Below are positions 1-12,765 of a stretch of 64,000 nucleotides of DNA, one piece after another. The notes beneath the pieces are model-generated. The model worked only from the letters and a program-made list of their open reading frames with translations. It had not been told where the DNA came from and made no database searches. Made by a program: the position numbers and the translations under genes. The first letter of the stretch is position 1; every line of letters starts with the position of its first letter. This DNA is from Lytechinus pictus (Eukaryota), in assembly GCF_037042905.1 (NCBI RefSeq), contig NC_087253.1, positions 9,424,001 to 9,488,000 on the forward strand. The letters run 5' to 3'.

Positions 1-2228
1 ATGATAATAATAATGATAATAATAATGATAATGACAATGATGATGATGATAATAATAGTAATGATGATAATAATTATGATAATAATAATAATATTAACGT
101 GTCGACCACATGATTCATCATATTGGAATATTATAGTGTTCAACGATAAATTATTTAGGTGATGATAATGCAGGGCATCCCCCACCCGAAATATTGGGGG
201 GTATATCCTCCCATCATACCCCCCCCCCCGGATCGACACCCTCATGCACTGGATCCAGGGGGGAGGCACAGCCGGCCCGTGCCCCCCCCCCCCCCGGCCC
301 CCCCCCCCCGGCCTGTCAAATTCCTCTGGGACATCAAATGCCTCCCCCATTTGGAAATCCCGGATTCGCCCCTGCCCTCATGCATGATAATATGTCTCTT
401 TCATTTCTGATTCATTATTTTTCTTTGAATCAGGCTTCACGTCAGGAATAACGCCCTTAACGTCATAAAATTGAACGTTGATCTATCCTTCAAACGTATT
501 GTTCTTTATCACAACAACTGAGGCGGCTATATAATAACAATGTCCAACACCATTAAGCAAAAAAAAAACATTGTGAGAATGAATGCCTTTTCCCGATTGT
601 ATATATAATTAGCATTTCTTTTAAATAAAATGTCTGAATCTATTTTTTTTTTTTTTTGATTCAGTTTCAATCTGCAAAAAGCATGATGGAAATGGTTTCC
701 AAACGAATCACAGGGAATTATAGGCCTGCATGAACGGGACCGCTGAACGGTTTTAAGTAAAAGTCGGGGGGAGGGGGGGGGGGGGGTGGTGACTGTGCAA
801 AAAGTCACAATCAGACGGTCCACGGTGGATCCCTGCCCTCTAATGATGATTTTATGTTCTCCGTAACAAATTAAACTATAGCCATTTCATTAATGGAAGT
901 AAAAACGATAATTAAATAAAATCGTATAATTACAAAAAAATCTACTGCCTTATTAGCATAGTGATGCTTTTATGTGCAAAATCCTTGTAAATTAATTACT
1001 GCTGACGCATACTACGGTCATGGCATTAAAAAGTTATTGCTATAAGTCATTGAAAGGGGTATTACCACATTTTGCGTTTTATTTAAACGACATATAAAAA
1101 TAGACTCTTTAAACCCGTCTTTCTTCGCGTTTCCACCCCCTCTCTCTCTTCTCTTAGCTCCTCTACTCTTAAAATCATGAAGGACACTGGCCACCCTGCC
1201 CCTCGAACGCCACCAGTGCTATAATAACATCCCACAATAAACGTGACAATTATCACACAATGATGGATCCTAAACCAACACAAGAAGCTCAAGCCGCAAG
1301 AAAAAAAGTCAGAAGAAGGAGAAAACAAATAAAGCATTGTCACCATTATACTGGCAATTAACTGATGAATTTTGGCAAGAATATGGTTGTCAACTTGCTG
1401 ACGTGTTCGAAATGACTCCTCTACAATATTGAAATAATGACCGATAATTTATCAACTCAGTACGACAATCATGACAATTCTGGACTCAATGTGAGAAAGC
1501 ATCATTGATTATTGATAACATGGAACAGGCCGCAGATACGGGGGCAATGGCAACTGCAAATTTACAAACCTTTTGAGCTTTTTTTTTCTTCCTTACATTT
1601 TTTTCGTTTATTTTTTTTTTCGCGAACATAACGGTTTTCCTGTCAGTGCATCAAACTTTAAATGTGTTCACAGTATCTAATTTGATTTCACCGTAATCTT
1701 TGGATCGATGGGAACGTGAAATGGAATTCAGACTGGATTATTTATGTATTGTATGTATGTTTGACTTCATCTTTTCTATTTACGCGCTCCCGCTAAACAT
1801 TCGCATGTGGAATAATGGAAGGCCTTTAGATATGAAAGGTAAGTCAATGACAAATTTAAGGGCCTTTTCACACGAGAGCCTTGAATCATCATTGTAGTGA
1901 TAATTGCAATTTGTCTTTAGAATCATTGCACCGTTCACACGTTCACTCGAAAACTGTGATTTGAATTCGAATTTCTGAGAGAAGGCGGTATTGTGTCCTT
2001 GGTGACCTGTCAATCAAACCCAAACATAGCACTGCATCGCAAAAATAGAAACTACGATGAGTGCATGACAATTGTATTATATACGGAAGTGCTTGAAAGG
2101 TCACGTAAGCTCCGCCCCTCTACGTTTTGGAGGTCAATTAACCCTTTCAGACGTAACATTCTTACCGTAATTTGAGTGAAACTTAACTGGAATTCTTATT
2201 CGGAGTAGAATATGAATTCGTGATTGTG

Positions 2229-2504
2229 ATAATAACAATAATAATATAGGGTATTTATATTGCGCACATATCCACCTTGTTAGGTGCTCAAGGCGCTCCT
2301 ATATTACCCGGCTAAGCTAGGCGTTCATAGCGCACACAGCTTTTTAAGGAATTACTTCCTACCGGTACCCATTTACCTCACCTGGGTTGAGTGCAGCACC
2401 CCCTGGATCAGTTTCTTGCTGAAGGAAATTACGCCATGGCTGGGATTCGAACCCACGACCATCTGTTTCAAAGTCCGAAGACTAATCATCTGGGCCACAA
2501 CGCT
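2229..2504 (-). mobile_element. tRNA-derived SINE, near full length
   Basis: Minus strand has A-box/B-box-like head (GTTGTGGCCCAGATG...GGTTCGAATCCC), central CAACCCAGGTGAGGTAAATGGGTACC block, L2-like 3' end and (ATT)n tail; second copy at 54191-54360. Confidence 0.85.
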
Positions 2505-2825
2505 ACAACGCTGATTAGCGTTCGTGATTCTAGTTTGGTTTTCGTCATTAGGATTTGTTTTCACTGGAATCATCATTCAAATTACGATTTTGGTGCCGTG
2601 TGAAAGGGCGGAAAGTTGGTCAGTGTCACCGAGGGATAAGGAAGGACGATTAGTAAGTAAGGGAAATAGGGAAAATAGCAACAAATAGCAAGGGAGGTAT
2701 AGAGCAATCATTTGAATTATGACAGGGGTGGAACGGTTTTGAAAGAAGGGGCCCGGGGGGGGGGGGGGTAATCCGAAAGCGACCGACCACGCGCAAAATC
2801 ACAATCAGATGATACGTTTTACGTT

Positions 2826-3356
2826 AATGGAGGTTTTTACGGTAAACACCATGTATGTAGTCCTGAAAAGGACTTCTATTCTTTCTTGATTGTATGTTAG
2901 CTCTGAAAAAAACTGTAACACAGTTAACAGTTCTTTTCAGAGCTAACATACAATCAAGAAAGAATAACAAACAGTCCTTTCAGGACTACATACATGGGCC
3001 CGTATTCTGATAGCAGGTTCAACTTAAACTCAGGTTTAAAGTTGTGGTTTAAGTATGGATAGCCCATTGTTACATTAATCACTAACAGTAGAGATATCAT
3101 ATTTTAGCTCATTTGGCTCTCAAATCATTCATAATTGTCTAGGAAGTATAAATAGATTATTGTCTTCACCATCGATGAATCAGGAAATGGCACAGTAAAC
3201 ATAAGAAACGTTCAACTTATTACACAAATTTGATACTTTTGCAATTGGCTTCCCATACTTAAACCACAACTTTAAACCTGACTTCAGAATACGGGCCATG
3301 GTGTTTACCGTTACAACCTCCATTATTCTCTCAACCATGGAACCTTCAAAGATCAA
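2826..3356. mobile_element. Palindromic insertion with 10-bp TSD, interrupted by a MITE
   Basis: Arms AATGGAGG..GTAGTCCTGAAAAGGAC..GCTCTGAAAA and TTTTCAGAGC..GTCCTTTCAGGACTAC..CCTCCATT; GTTTTACGTT duplicated at 2816-2825 and 3357-3366. Confidence 0.65.
2997..3297. mobile_element. MITE family A (Harbinger-like), copy 1
   Basis: TIR GGCCCGTATTCTGA/TCAGAATACGGGCC, 3-bp TSD ATG; splits one arm of the host palindrome. Confidence 0.85.
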
Positions 3357-3780
3357 GTTTTACGTTTTAAATACACAGTTTTGAGAAAAGGTGTGTCGGG
3401 GGGGGGGGGGGGGGGGGGCTGAAGCCTGCAGCTTCTCGCCCTATTCCGCATGCAGACCCTAAATGAAGATTGCCTTTAAATAAACAAAACAAATCACTAC
3501 TGAAAGATGGTGCTAAATACCTAATGAATTATGAATTATAAAATTTAATAACGCTCAAAAAGATTGATTTTGTTCAACTGTCACAGGTATTTAAATGTTA
3601 CTCGATTATAGATAACACTCTTGACCATTTACCAAAGCTTATCATAGGCGGGCTTACAGCCAACAACGGAATCTATTTCATATGTATGTTTGATGTTATT
3701 TTCTTAATAAAGGACATATAAAGCTCGGGAATATTGGTAATTAGCATATTTATAGACGTAGGTATTCTTTTTAAAAACTA

Positions 3781-4036
3781 CACAGTAAAAATGCTGTTTA
3801 TTTATATATATTCATTTATTTTTTTTTTTTACAAAACGCTGTTTACTATCTAAACAATAGAGTAGGCGTTTAAACAGTTTCAACGAGAGTTTAAAATATT
3901 AAAAAACTGAGTTTTTATTTCAATGTTTAATTCTCAATCAATTTGATATGTTGTTTAAACTGTTAAACGACCTCTGCCTGCAGGATTCATGTAGTAAATA
4001 AGGTTGTATTAAGTTCTAAACAGCATTTTTACTGTG
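3781..4036. mobile_element. CAC-terminated MITE (EnSpm/CACTA-like)
   Basis: TIR CACAGTAAAAATGCTGTT/AACAGCATTTTTACTGTG flanked by TA on both sides. Confidence 0.7.
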
Positions 4037-4243
4037 TAATATTATGCATAATGGTTATACTGACGATAATAGTATGACGCGTATAAATACGTTAAGAATC
4101 CCAGGCTGTCTATAATAAAAAAGCACAATTACCCTTGCTCAGACGAAAGGCTGATATAGGCCTAATTGTGATTTGTCATTAAAAATAATTGGATCATGAT
4201 ATGACAATAATCGGGCAGGACAATTATTTTCATCTATCAATAG

Positions 4244-4420
4244 AGTTTGACTCTTCAAGTACTCTGTTTTTGTCACCTCCATCATCAACATCATTGTCAC
4301 CATCAATATCGTCATCTTCATTGCCATCACCTGTTCTATCGTCGTCGTCATCGGCTTCTTTCAACGGTGGTTTAACGGAAAGGCATTACGAGTTCTCGAC
4401 TACGGCGATTTTGACATCAG
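4244..4420 (+). CDS. Internal exon of a type I membrane protein (Ser/Pro/Thr-rich mucin-like stalk)
   Basis: Acceptor ctatcaatag, donor CAG|gtaggt, phase 1-1, 177 bp; encodes FDSSSTLFLSPPSSTSLSPSISSSSLPSPV...TTAILTS and joins the next exon in frame. Confidence 0.7.
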
Positions 4421-4550
4421 GTAGGTTTTTATTTTGATTTGTTTTGTTTTGGAGGGCAACATTTCCGCAATCATTAAATAATTGTTGGTTGGTTATGCAG
4501 TACGTGTACCATTAAACTCGTATTATTGCTTGATTTTATTCATATAAATG

Positions 4551-4600
<50 letters not shown>

Positions 4601-5685
4601 CATCATTTTCAAGATTACATAATATTCACATTAGTATAATCATTCATATTATATATATACATGAGTGGAGCATCAAAAGCCCTATGAGCTTGGGAACGAT
4701 GTTCCAAGAAAAATACAAAGATACATAATTATACATTGGCTATACAAGAATACATTCAATGATGCGAAGATCAAATAAAAGTTAAAAGGAGAGCAAGAGA
4801 GATAGAGTGAGTGGTGAAAAACAGAGTGGGAAAGAGAGAACTGGATAGGAGAGAAACATGAAGAGAGTACTAACAATATATAAAATACAAGACATCGTGT
4901 TTTGATAACGAAGACTCGTTGGTGAGGTATTTTGTTTGTATGATAATCACAAACAATAGCAAAAAAGGAATTACACATGTGTGGTGGTATATTACGTAAC
5001 CATTCGTTTACTTATTTATTTATCTATTTGGCTCATGTGATCTTTTCACATTCGTTTATGAATAGGTCAACGCAATGCATACCATGCGTAAATAAACAAA
5101 TCAGACTATATTTAAATAATTCACGTGTTGATTAATTGATTAAAATGTATCACTCAACTGATAAATCAATAAAGCGATCGGTCAATTAATTTACCACCTT
5201 ATCAATGAACAAATCATTATTATAAATCTTCATTTTAATCGATCACCAATCAATCAGTCAATCAGTCAACCTATCAACAAATCATTCCATCTATCATTTC
5301 ATATATCTATTAATTAATCAGTAATATTTATCGGCTGTCATCACTTTCCATACCAACAACAGTACCTGTATCATCATCTACACATTTCTTGAACACCATA
5401 CCATTATAACAATCATCATCATCATCATCAACATCATAATCATCATCATCATCAGTATCATAATCATCATCAACACCAATATTGTCATCATCATCATCAT
5501 ATTCATCGTAACCACCATCATCATCATCACCACCATTATCATCGCCATCATCCTCCTTTTCATCATCTTCTTCAATGTGTTAAAGTAATCAGCTTGTAAT
5601 ATACATCACCACCGCTCTGCCTATGTATATTGTATTTTCTCTCTCTCTCTCTCCCCCTCTCTCTCTTCTCTCTCTCTCTCTTTAG

Positions 5686-5800
5686 ACGCAAGTTCTCATG
5701 ACCTTGGTCGTCCTGGTATAATAGCACTCATAGTGCTCTACGTTCTTCTTGTCATCGCAGTGTCGTTAGGTGTTATAGCCGCTTGCTGTTTTAGACGGAG
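5686..5800 (+). CDS. Transmembrane exon of the same type I membrane protein
   Basis: (CT)n tract + tttag acceptor, donor GAG|gtaaga; encodes (D)ASSHDLGRPGIIALIVLYVLLVIAVSLGVIAACCFRR(R): TM helix, di-Cys, basic stop-transfer. Confidence 0.9.
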
Positions 5801-6048
5801 GTAAGAAAAAAAAAATCTTACTCGTATTTTATGTTACGGTTGTTATTCTTCTTTATCTAATCTTTGTGCTTCTTTTGACACATAAAATGCTATTCTAATG
5901 TTAATGATTTTGTTTGTAGACCTACACAAATGTATATTTTTGCGGAAATAAAGTTAAATCAAATCTTGTTGAATCAAAATTATTCAAAATTCATAAGCAT
6001 GACAACTCTATACTAAGTCTACAATATTTTTTTTCATTTGATTCAAAG

Positions 6049-6280
6049 GGTCTTCCGAGCTGAAGTACAATCCAGGCTTTCAAGGGCTTCCTCCACTCAA
6101 CGGTCAAGCATCTCACGTTTAAACAGCGTCATTTACGATGAGCAGGCGTCCAACTCTGGAGGGAAGAATAGCACGACGCCAAATAATCCATCGTCAAGGG
6201 GGAGCTTCCAAGGTGGAGTAAATGGAGACAGGGTTTACTCGGTTACTGAGGATGGTTTTCTGGCAGTTCCAAAGAACTAG
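6049..6280 (+). CDS. Terminal exon (Ser-rich cytoplasmic tail) of the type I membrane protein
   Basis: Acceptor ttcaaag|G matches phase 2 of the TM exon; continues in the frame of ORF 6038-6280 (RVFRAEVQSRLSRASS...FLAVPKN*). Confidence 0.8.
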
Positions 6281-7166
6281 AACAGGGCGATCCTGGGCAG
6301 TGTTTCATCATTAAGTTTTGTCCGACAAGTTGTCAGATCTGACATCGTTCCTAGATTATGATTGGCTGAGAGGCACTGTTACGATGGTAATTGTCGGATA
6401 AAAGAGGATTTGCCGGAAAATGAAAAATTGAAACGAAATGTCGGGCAGTGTCGCGCCGCATTCGGTGATAACCCCACCCTTTATCCAAAGCCCCCTCCCC
6501 CTCCATCTGTTTGCCGAATGGGTGCACTTGGAGTTTCGTTTTTAATACGCCATTCCGATTTGAAATTATTGTCCACCTTCAAACTGCAATTTCAGCAAAA
6601 ATGGATATCGCTCGAATCGGTTTTGTCATTAACATAGTTGACTCCTCAGACTCGCAAATCAAAAGGCAGCATAATTCGTCTGCATAAAGAAACGAAAACA
6701 AAAATAGGTCATCAGTCTATTAAAGATGAAGCTCGTTTGTCTTAAACGGGATCACACGCATATCAAATAAAACAGAATTTCGTCTGCAGAATAAAAACAG
6801 AAACAAAATATAGGTCGTCAGTCCAAAATGAAGGTCGTTTTGTCAGACACAAAAGGGGGAAAATAGGTAACCAGTCACTAGTCGCTTTGTCTTTGGAAAA
6901 AAATTGTCGAGCAAAAACAAGTCCATCAGTTAAAATCTGTTTGCCCCCCCCCCCTAAAAAATGAGAAAAAACACACACTATACACGTACCCACCCACCTC
7001 TTCCCGCATACCTAAAACCACCCGCCCTAATTAAACGCATTTTACATGCAGGATGCGCCATTTTTTCCTCAAACATTTTATATACGGGATGCGCCCGAAC
7101 ACCCCCCCCTATACTGGATCCGTACATGCCAGTTCTCACAATATACCATCTCATCATGGTACTTAA

Positions 7167-7544
7167 AGTGATTGGTTAACATTGGTTTGACTTTTTAAAA
7201 ATCTGAGCTAGAAGGTCACACTTGTCACCTGTGTCTGTGATATGTTACTAAAATGAAGCCCAGAAAAAATTGCGTTCGAAAATAATTATTTAGTGCTTCA
7301 AAAATTGAAACATAAAGTGACCGAAAACACCATCTTAATTTCATCCCATACACTTATGTGTACTATTTAGGCGTCTATAAGACGCCTATTTACAAAATCG
7401 GGGTTTGCCTTGTAGTTTTAGCTTTTCATTCTCAATAATGGTTGTTTTCAGGGTTTATTAGTTCGAATACATGCACTTGTACACATGTTTCATCTTGGTT
7501 TGAGAATTTTTTAAATCGGCTGCTCACAAAGTTAAACAATACCT
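7167..7544. mobile_element. Kolobok-like MITE (TTAA TSD)
   Basis: TTAA at 7163-7166 and 7545-7548, imperfect TIRs; one end related to 34100-34670 in opposite orientation. Confidence 0.7.
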
Positions 7545-7655
7545 TTAACCAGATTCATGTCACTTCAAAGATGTCAAGGAAGAAGACACTTGAGATGGTG
7601 GGGCACATGGTCGACTTAAAGTGATGTTGCCGTATGTGTGAACATTCCCCCCCCC

Positions 7656-8030
7656 CCCCACTCTTATGCACCAGTTTATTATGCCTTTCTTTGTAACCTG
7701 TTTGACCCACCTCTCACTAATTCTCTAGTTATTCATCCCTCTATCACTGTTTTGTTCCAGATCCTGTTTGATGTTGCCTGCCTCATTATCTTAATCCCTC
7801 TTGGCCTTACTTACACTAACTTCCCTTTGTGTCTGCCTACTCCTTTTCTTTCATCCCCTTCACTAACCTGATTGGTCTTCTCTACTCACTAATGCCCCTT
7901 TTGTCTCCTTGTTTCTAGCGTTGCTGTAGCTTGTTTGTGGTCTATATTATGGTTGTTCCACTTTATATGTTTGTCATTTTGCCTCCGACGAAGATTCTGC
8001 TAGGATCGAAAGCTTAGGCCCCTTTTTGAC
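7656..8030 (+). mobile_element. Penelope-like element 3' (pLTR) fragment
   Basis: Near-identical to reverse complement of ~39218-39500, which is attached to a GIY-YIG coding remnant; ends in a hammerhead-like motif. Confidence 0.8.
7981..8019 (+). ncRNA. Minimal type I hammerhead ribozyme motif (PLE-type) with variant core
   Basis: Stem I GCCT/AGGC; core CCGACGA (canonical CUGANGA); stem II GATTC-tgcta-GGATC; GAAA; palindromic AGCT stem III; cleavage triplet CTT. Confidence 0.65.
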
Positions 8031-8959
8031 TTTCTCATTTAAAAATCATTTACGATGATGGTGATTTTTTTGGGGGGGGGGGGTGGCGCTGTAGCTTTCT
8101 GGCGTTTTCAATATTTAATATCATTTCATTATTTTTCTAAGAATTCACGGAATTAGTACACACCAAAATCTTTATTCTTGACTTTGAAAAAGAGCGTAGG
8201 CAAAAATGTATACGTCTCTTCGCTCGTATTTTTTTCAGGGGGGGGGGGTAGACAAATGAGTGTATTCTTGATTTTCGAACATCCTTCGAAAATGATTGTG
8301 CGTTATTATTTGTTACCGAATCTAATAAATAATGATAATAATAATGAAAAGTCTGCTGTTTAAATACACATTGCATGAACAGTCGTGTCAAAATTGAATC
8401 GGTCATTACTATTAGCGTACCGACTTTCACAACGTAATTAGCTTCAGGAGTTAGCTCATCACCCAATGTTATTATTCCACAATATTTTGTGTTATTTTCA
8501 TATTCCATGGTGTAGCTATAGTAAACACCTCTTGTTCTTGCTTTCATATGATGACAATACATGTTTCGTTCGTAGTTTCGAGACACCATATTTTTTTTGG
8601 AAAATATTTCGAAACTGAAAAAACGAGCAAATATTTTTATTATCAATTTCAATGAATATAATAATTGAAATATAATTTTTATAACAACGCACTAAAAATC
8701 GTGGCCAAGTTTTGAAAAAAAAATCTTATAAACTCGTTCACATTTTCTCTCTTGGATTTTCTTGAAATAATCTTTCTCATTTCTTTTATTTGTAATTTGT
8801 TGATTTTGAAAAAAAAGGAAATAAATTGTGAACAAAGCAATCATATCTCCTGTATCGTTTGTCATAGCAGTTTCAGAAACAAATGGCTTACAGCCACAAG
8901 CTGTCTGTCCAATGAGACTAGTTGGTGTATTTTAATATCTACGGAAGATATCAATAGCT

Positions 8960-9610
8960 CTCCCTCGGACACCGGAGCAACTCACGCGGCCTCGTGCCCG
9001 AGCATTTCGTTCATCCGTTATCATTTTGTTTACACGCGGGGCTCCTTCCCGGTATCTCTTTATCCAGTCACCGTATAAGATAGCGCTGAGTAAACAACCA
9101 TGGCTAATCTCTCGGATCGCATTATCGTTTAAGCAAAAGCTTTAAGGGGATCTTCATACCCCTTTCATCACATTTATATGCTTCTAAAACAAGTACTTTG
9201 AATTTTCATTTTGTTTAGATTATATCGAATCTTTCGGGCATAATTTTCTTTTAACTAAGCAGAGCTGCGGCATTGTGAGTTGATCCGCCTACGATTTTTC
9301 GCGGGAAACTTTTCGTGGGGTTTGGAAAGAGTGAGGGCTCTGGAGCAGACGACAGGATTGCAGCAGGGCTTACGTAGATGAAGAGGAATGCAAAGCCTGG
9401 GCGAGATTAAGTCTTTGACTCCTGAAAGTCACTCGTTCGGTGACTGACTCCCACTCAGCCACCCTGGAATACTTCATTTTGGGATCACTTTCCAACTCGC
9501 GCTCGCGGGACTCTAAAGACAAAGAGCGGGGTCGTCGTTCCAAAGCCTCGGGCATCGGCCGGCGTCACAATTTCCCAGGAAGCGACGGTCGGAAGAAAAA
9601 GAAACGAAAG
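8960..9610 (+). promoter_or_regulatory. CpG-rich promoter/5' UTR region of the tetraspanin gene
   Basis: Local GC and CpG enrichment immediately upstream of the ATG at 9611; TSS not determined. Confidence 0.45.
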
Positions 9611-9679
9611 ATGGCGGTTAGAGGAGGCTGCATGCTTGTTGTAAAATGTTTACTTTTCTTCTTCAATTTTGTCCTTTGG
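9611..9679 (+). CDS. Tetraspanin (CD9/CD81/CD63-like), first coding exon
   Basis: AAG ATG G start context; MAVRGGCMLVVKCLLFFFNFVLW resembles the CD9/CD81 N-terminus (K-Y-LLF-x-FNF-x-FW); phase-0 donor TGG|gtaagt at the position typical of this family. Confidence 0.9.
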
Positions 9680-11209
9680 GTAAGTCTTTTGTTTGGTTTA
9701 TTTATATCTTTTACATATTTTCGCGTCAGACTCTTGACCATATTTGTGATTACATTCCACTTATAAATGACACAGAGTGGTCATATACGTTGGCTCCTTA
9801 AAATTCGTTCTGTAAACTAATAATTAAATGTTACACGGGGGCTCGGGGCTGATTTGGCCCCCAAAAGCTCCCCCCCAAGAAAAAAAGTCACGAAAACGTA
9901 ACCCCCAAGGGTCAATATAAACTGTAATGTAATGTAGCCCCGCCCAAAAGTTATTTATTTTTTCGCATGTATTGCGTAAAGATTGTTCATGAGCAGACGT
10001 TTTTTTTGGACGTGTTTTAGTAAAAAAATAAATTGTTATTGGAAAAAGAACGGCGAGGCGGTGCCACAGGGGTAGGCATGGTGGGACCAAAAGGGGGGGG
10101 GGGGTAAGGAGGCGCCCCAAAATGGGCCTACTACACGGGCCGAGGAACGGTTTTAAAACGGGGGGGGGGGGGCTGACCATGCCAAAAAATCACAATGATC
10201 AGATGATTATGGTCATTTTTACGTCTTTGTACACGGTTTTGGAAGAAAAGTGGGGGCTGAAGCCCCCCGCCGATTCCACGACTGTTACAAGTTAATTAGA
10301 GATGCCCTGGGGGAAATGGAAGAAAGAAAGAAGAAGTGTACAAAGAAAAGAAGGTCTGCGTTACGCAATAATATCAGATGCGTCTATTATCCAATTGAGA
10401 AAAAAAATACTAGTAATACAAAATGAAAAAAATATGACGTATCGTTATGTCTGTCCCCTCACGAAATAACCTTGACCCTGTGGAAAAAAGGACACGTTTA
10501 TGGGGTAATTAAATGAATAGACTTTCTAACTAATTTAAAAATAGAATTTCATTTTGAAGAAGGGCACATTTCATTTTGAAAATAAAAAACACCGGGGGTT
10601 CCGCCATGCGTGCCTGCAGATTTATTTATTTAGGCAAAGACCTTCTCGTGTGACTAAAAGTTAATCAAATCTTTACCTTTGTAATGTCTTCATCTTTTTT
10701 CCCCTATTATAATCCGTGTATCATATTAAGTACCCAATTATTTTATTTTGTCAAGGGGGTCCACACTTTACACGCATTGCTTTTAGTGCATAGACCCCGT
10801 CATTTTAATAACATAGGACCTACTTGTTTTTGTTCAAAAAGGCAATCCTTTTTAAGAATCCAATTTATGTTACTTTGTAGACCTATTGTGTATGAGCATG
10901 AAACAATTGATTGTTAGATTTGTACGGTGTGATATGAACAGCTCAGGGAATGGTCGTCTAGTTTTTACACGTTGGATAACCTGAAGAACAATGATATGAG
11001 AGAGAGGGCAGGGGGGGGGGCAGATAAGACAGGGGATGAGGAGGACGAAGGGGGGGGGTGACTTGTTATTTTCAAATTACTCGATCGAAACAAAAATAAA
11101 TATGATTCTAATCATATTTATGCACATTCACTGTACTTATCTTTAGAACAATGACCGATTCGGACGATATTCCCTATTCTTTTAATGATCAATTTTGCTT
11201 CGGGTCATT

Positions 11210-11519
11210 GGCCCGTATTCTGAAGTCGGGTTTAACATAAACTCAGGTTTAAAGTTGTGGTTTAAGTATGGATAACCAACTGTTACATAATCACTAACAG
11301 TAGATATATCATACTTCAGCTCATTCGGCTCTCAAATCATTCATAATTGTGTAGGAAGTATAAATAGATGATTGTCTTCACCATCGATGAATCAGGAAAG
11401 AGCACAGTAAACATAAGAAACATACAACTTAATAAAATTTTTGGTACTTTTGGCTTCCCATACTTAAACCACAACTTTAAACCTGAGTTTAAGTTAAACC
11501 TGACTTCAGAATACGGGCC
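11210..11519. mobile_element. MITE family A (Harbinger-like), copy 2
   Basis: Same TIRs and body as 2997-3297; 3-bp TSD ATT. Confidence 0.85.
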
Positions 11520-12682
11520 ATTATGTTTTACGATATTGATTATTTCTTCATGGCTGATATTGCGTGGAATCGACATTTAAAGAACCTAGGATGATATGAT
11601 AATGGTCTTTCATAAATCCTATTTGTGGGAGTATTCAGGGGCGTCGCTATGGCACTTTATTAGAAGGGGAATAAGCGTTTAAATGGTCGAAAGTATGACG
11701 TCATTTTTTAATTCAATTACTGGGGTACACGACATGACCGCTCTTGTGGATTCTCTCTCTCTCAGACACCAGAACTGACACTGGTGTCTAACACCAGTAA
11801 GTGTAAAACAGCACCGGTTTGATTCTAAATTAATTGTTCGACTTATTCCAACATTTTTTTTTGGAGGGGAGGGGGGGGGGGGTTCTGATATAAATACCGG
11901 GTTGGTTTGAATTTGTAACCGGTATTTAACAGTGTTTTGCATAAGCGTGGTTGATATCGCCTTTTTTTCTTACTGAAAAGAAAGGAAAAGTAAAATCTTT
12001 CAGTAAGAGCGCTCTTTAAGTGGATTATTAGTTGCTTTTGCATAAAGACATAAACTTGTCACTGGGTTATATCACTCAGTATATATTTATTACTATTACA
12101 TGGTTGATATTACCCGTTACTGCGACGGTGGGAAGGAATTGAAATGTTTATGGGTCATAAATCTTGGGGTCATAGTCATTGTATATCTACCCACCATGTG
12201 TCACTGACAATCATCTTGCCACGGCGGCTAGTAACAGGGTAACATGTGGGACTATATACAGTATGTCCCTGATCTTCATCTGCACGCCAGCCCCGAATAA
12301 ATAAATAAATGGATAAAGAAATGCATAACAGGCAAAAAAGCAACGCATAAATATATGCTTAATTCAGGAACTAAATATTCATTGGACATTAATAATAATT
12401 ACACAAACAAGAAAATTAAAGAATAAAAAATTAACAAATGAAAAATGATAATGATTTTTTTTCTTAATCAGGATTACAAGGGATTGATTACCTTTGAAGT
12501 TATAACGATAATGATGATGATGATTATGATAGTAATAATACTTACAGTGATGTCATATTTTACCCAATATAGCCATTTCAATTCCGTAAACTGTTCGCCC
12601 AGTATAGGCCCTGCTAAACACGGTATTGTTATTATCATAAGCCATCTTTTTAAGTGAGGATTTATTGGTCGTCCTTTGAATA

Positions 12683-12765
<83 letters not shown>

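Noticed and set aside
1158-1360. Possible additional exon of the membrane-protein gene
   Set aside because: Pyrimidine tract plus AG present, but all frames from that acceptor stop early and no donor was found
2430-2504. tRNA gene
   Set aside because: tRNA-like head of a SINE, contiguous with SINE body and tail; no complete cloverleaf
2284-2603. ORFs recurring at 54102-54299; also 7638-7871 with 39285-39569, and 11337-11580
   Set aside because: Translations of SINE, Penelope UTR or MITE copies, not proteins
5378-5575. Met-rich and other low-complexity ORFs (also 159-451, 12676-12900, 43751-43975)
   Set aside because: Products of (CAT)n, (TA)n, (TAC)n microsatellites or poly-C runs
8137-8652. 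171-aa minus-strand ORF
   Set aside because: Non-ATG start, AT-rich, crosses poly-C and AAT runs, no domain or splice support
9440-9766. 108-aa ORF as a whole gene
   Set aside because: Only 9611-9679 is supported; the rest is 5' UTR from a GTG start and intron read-through
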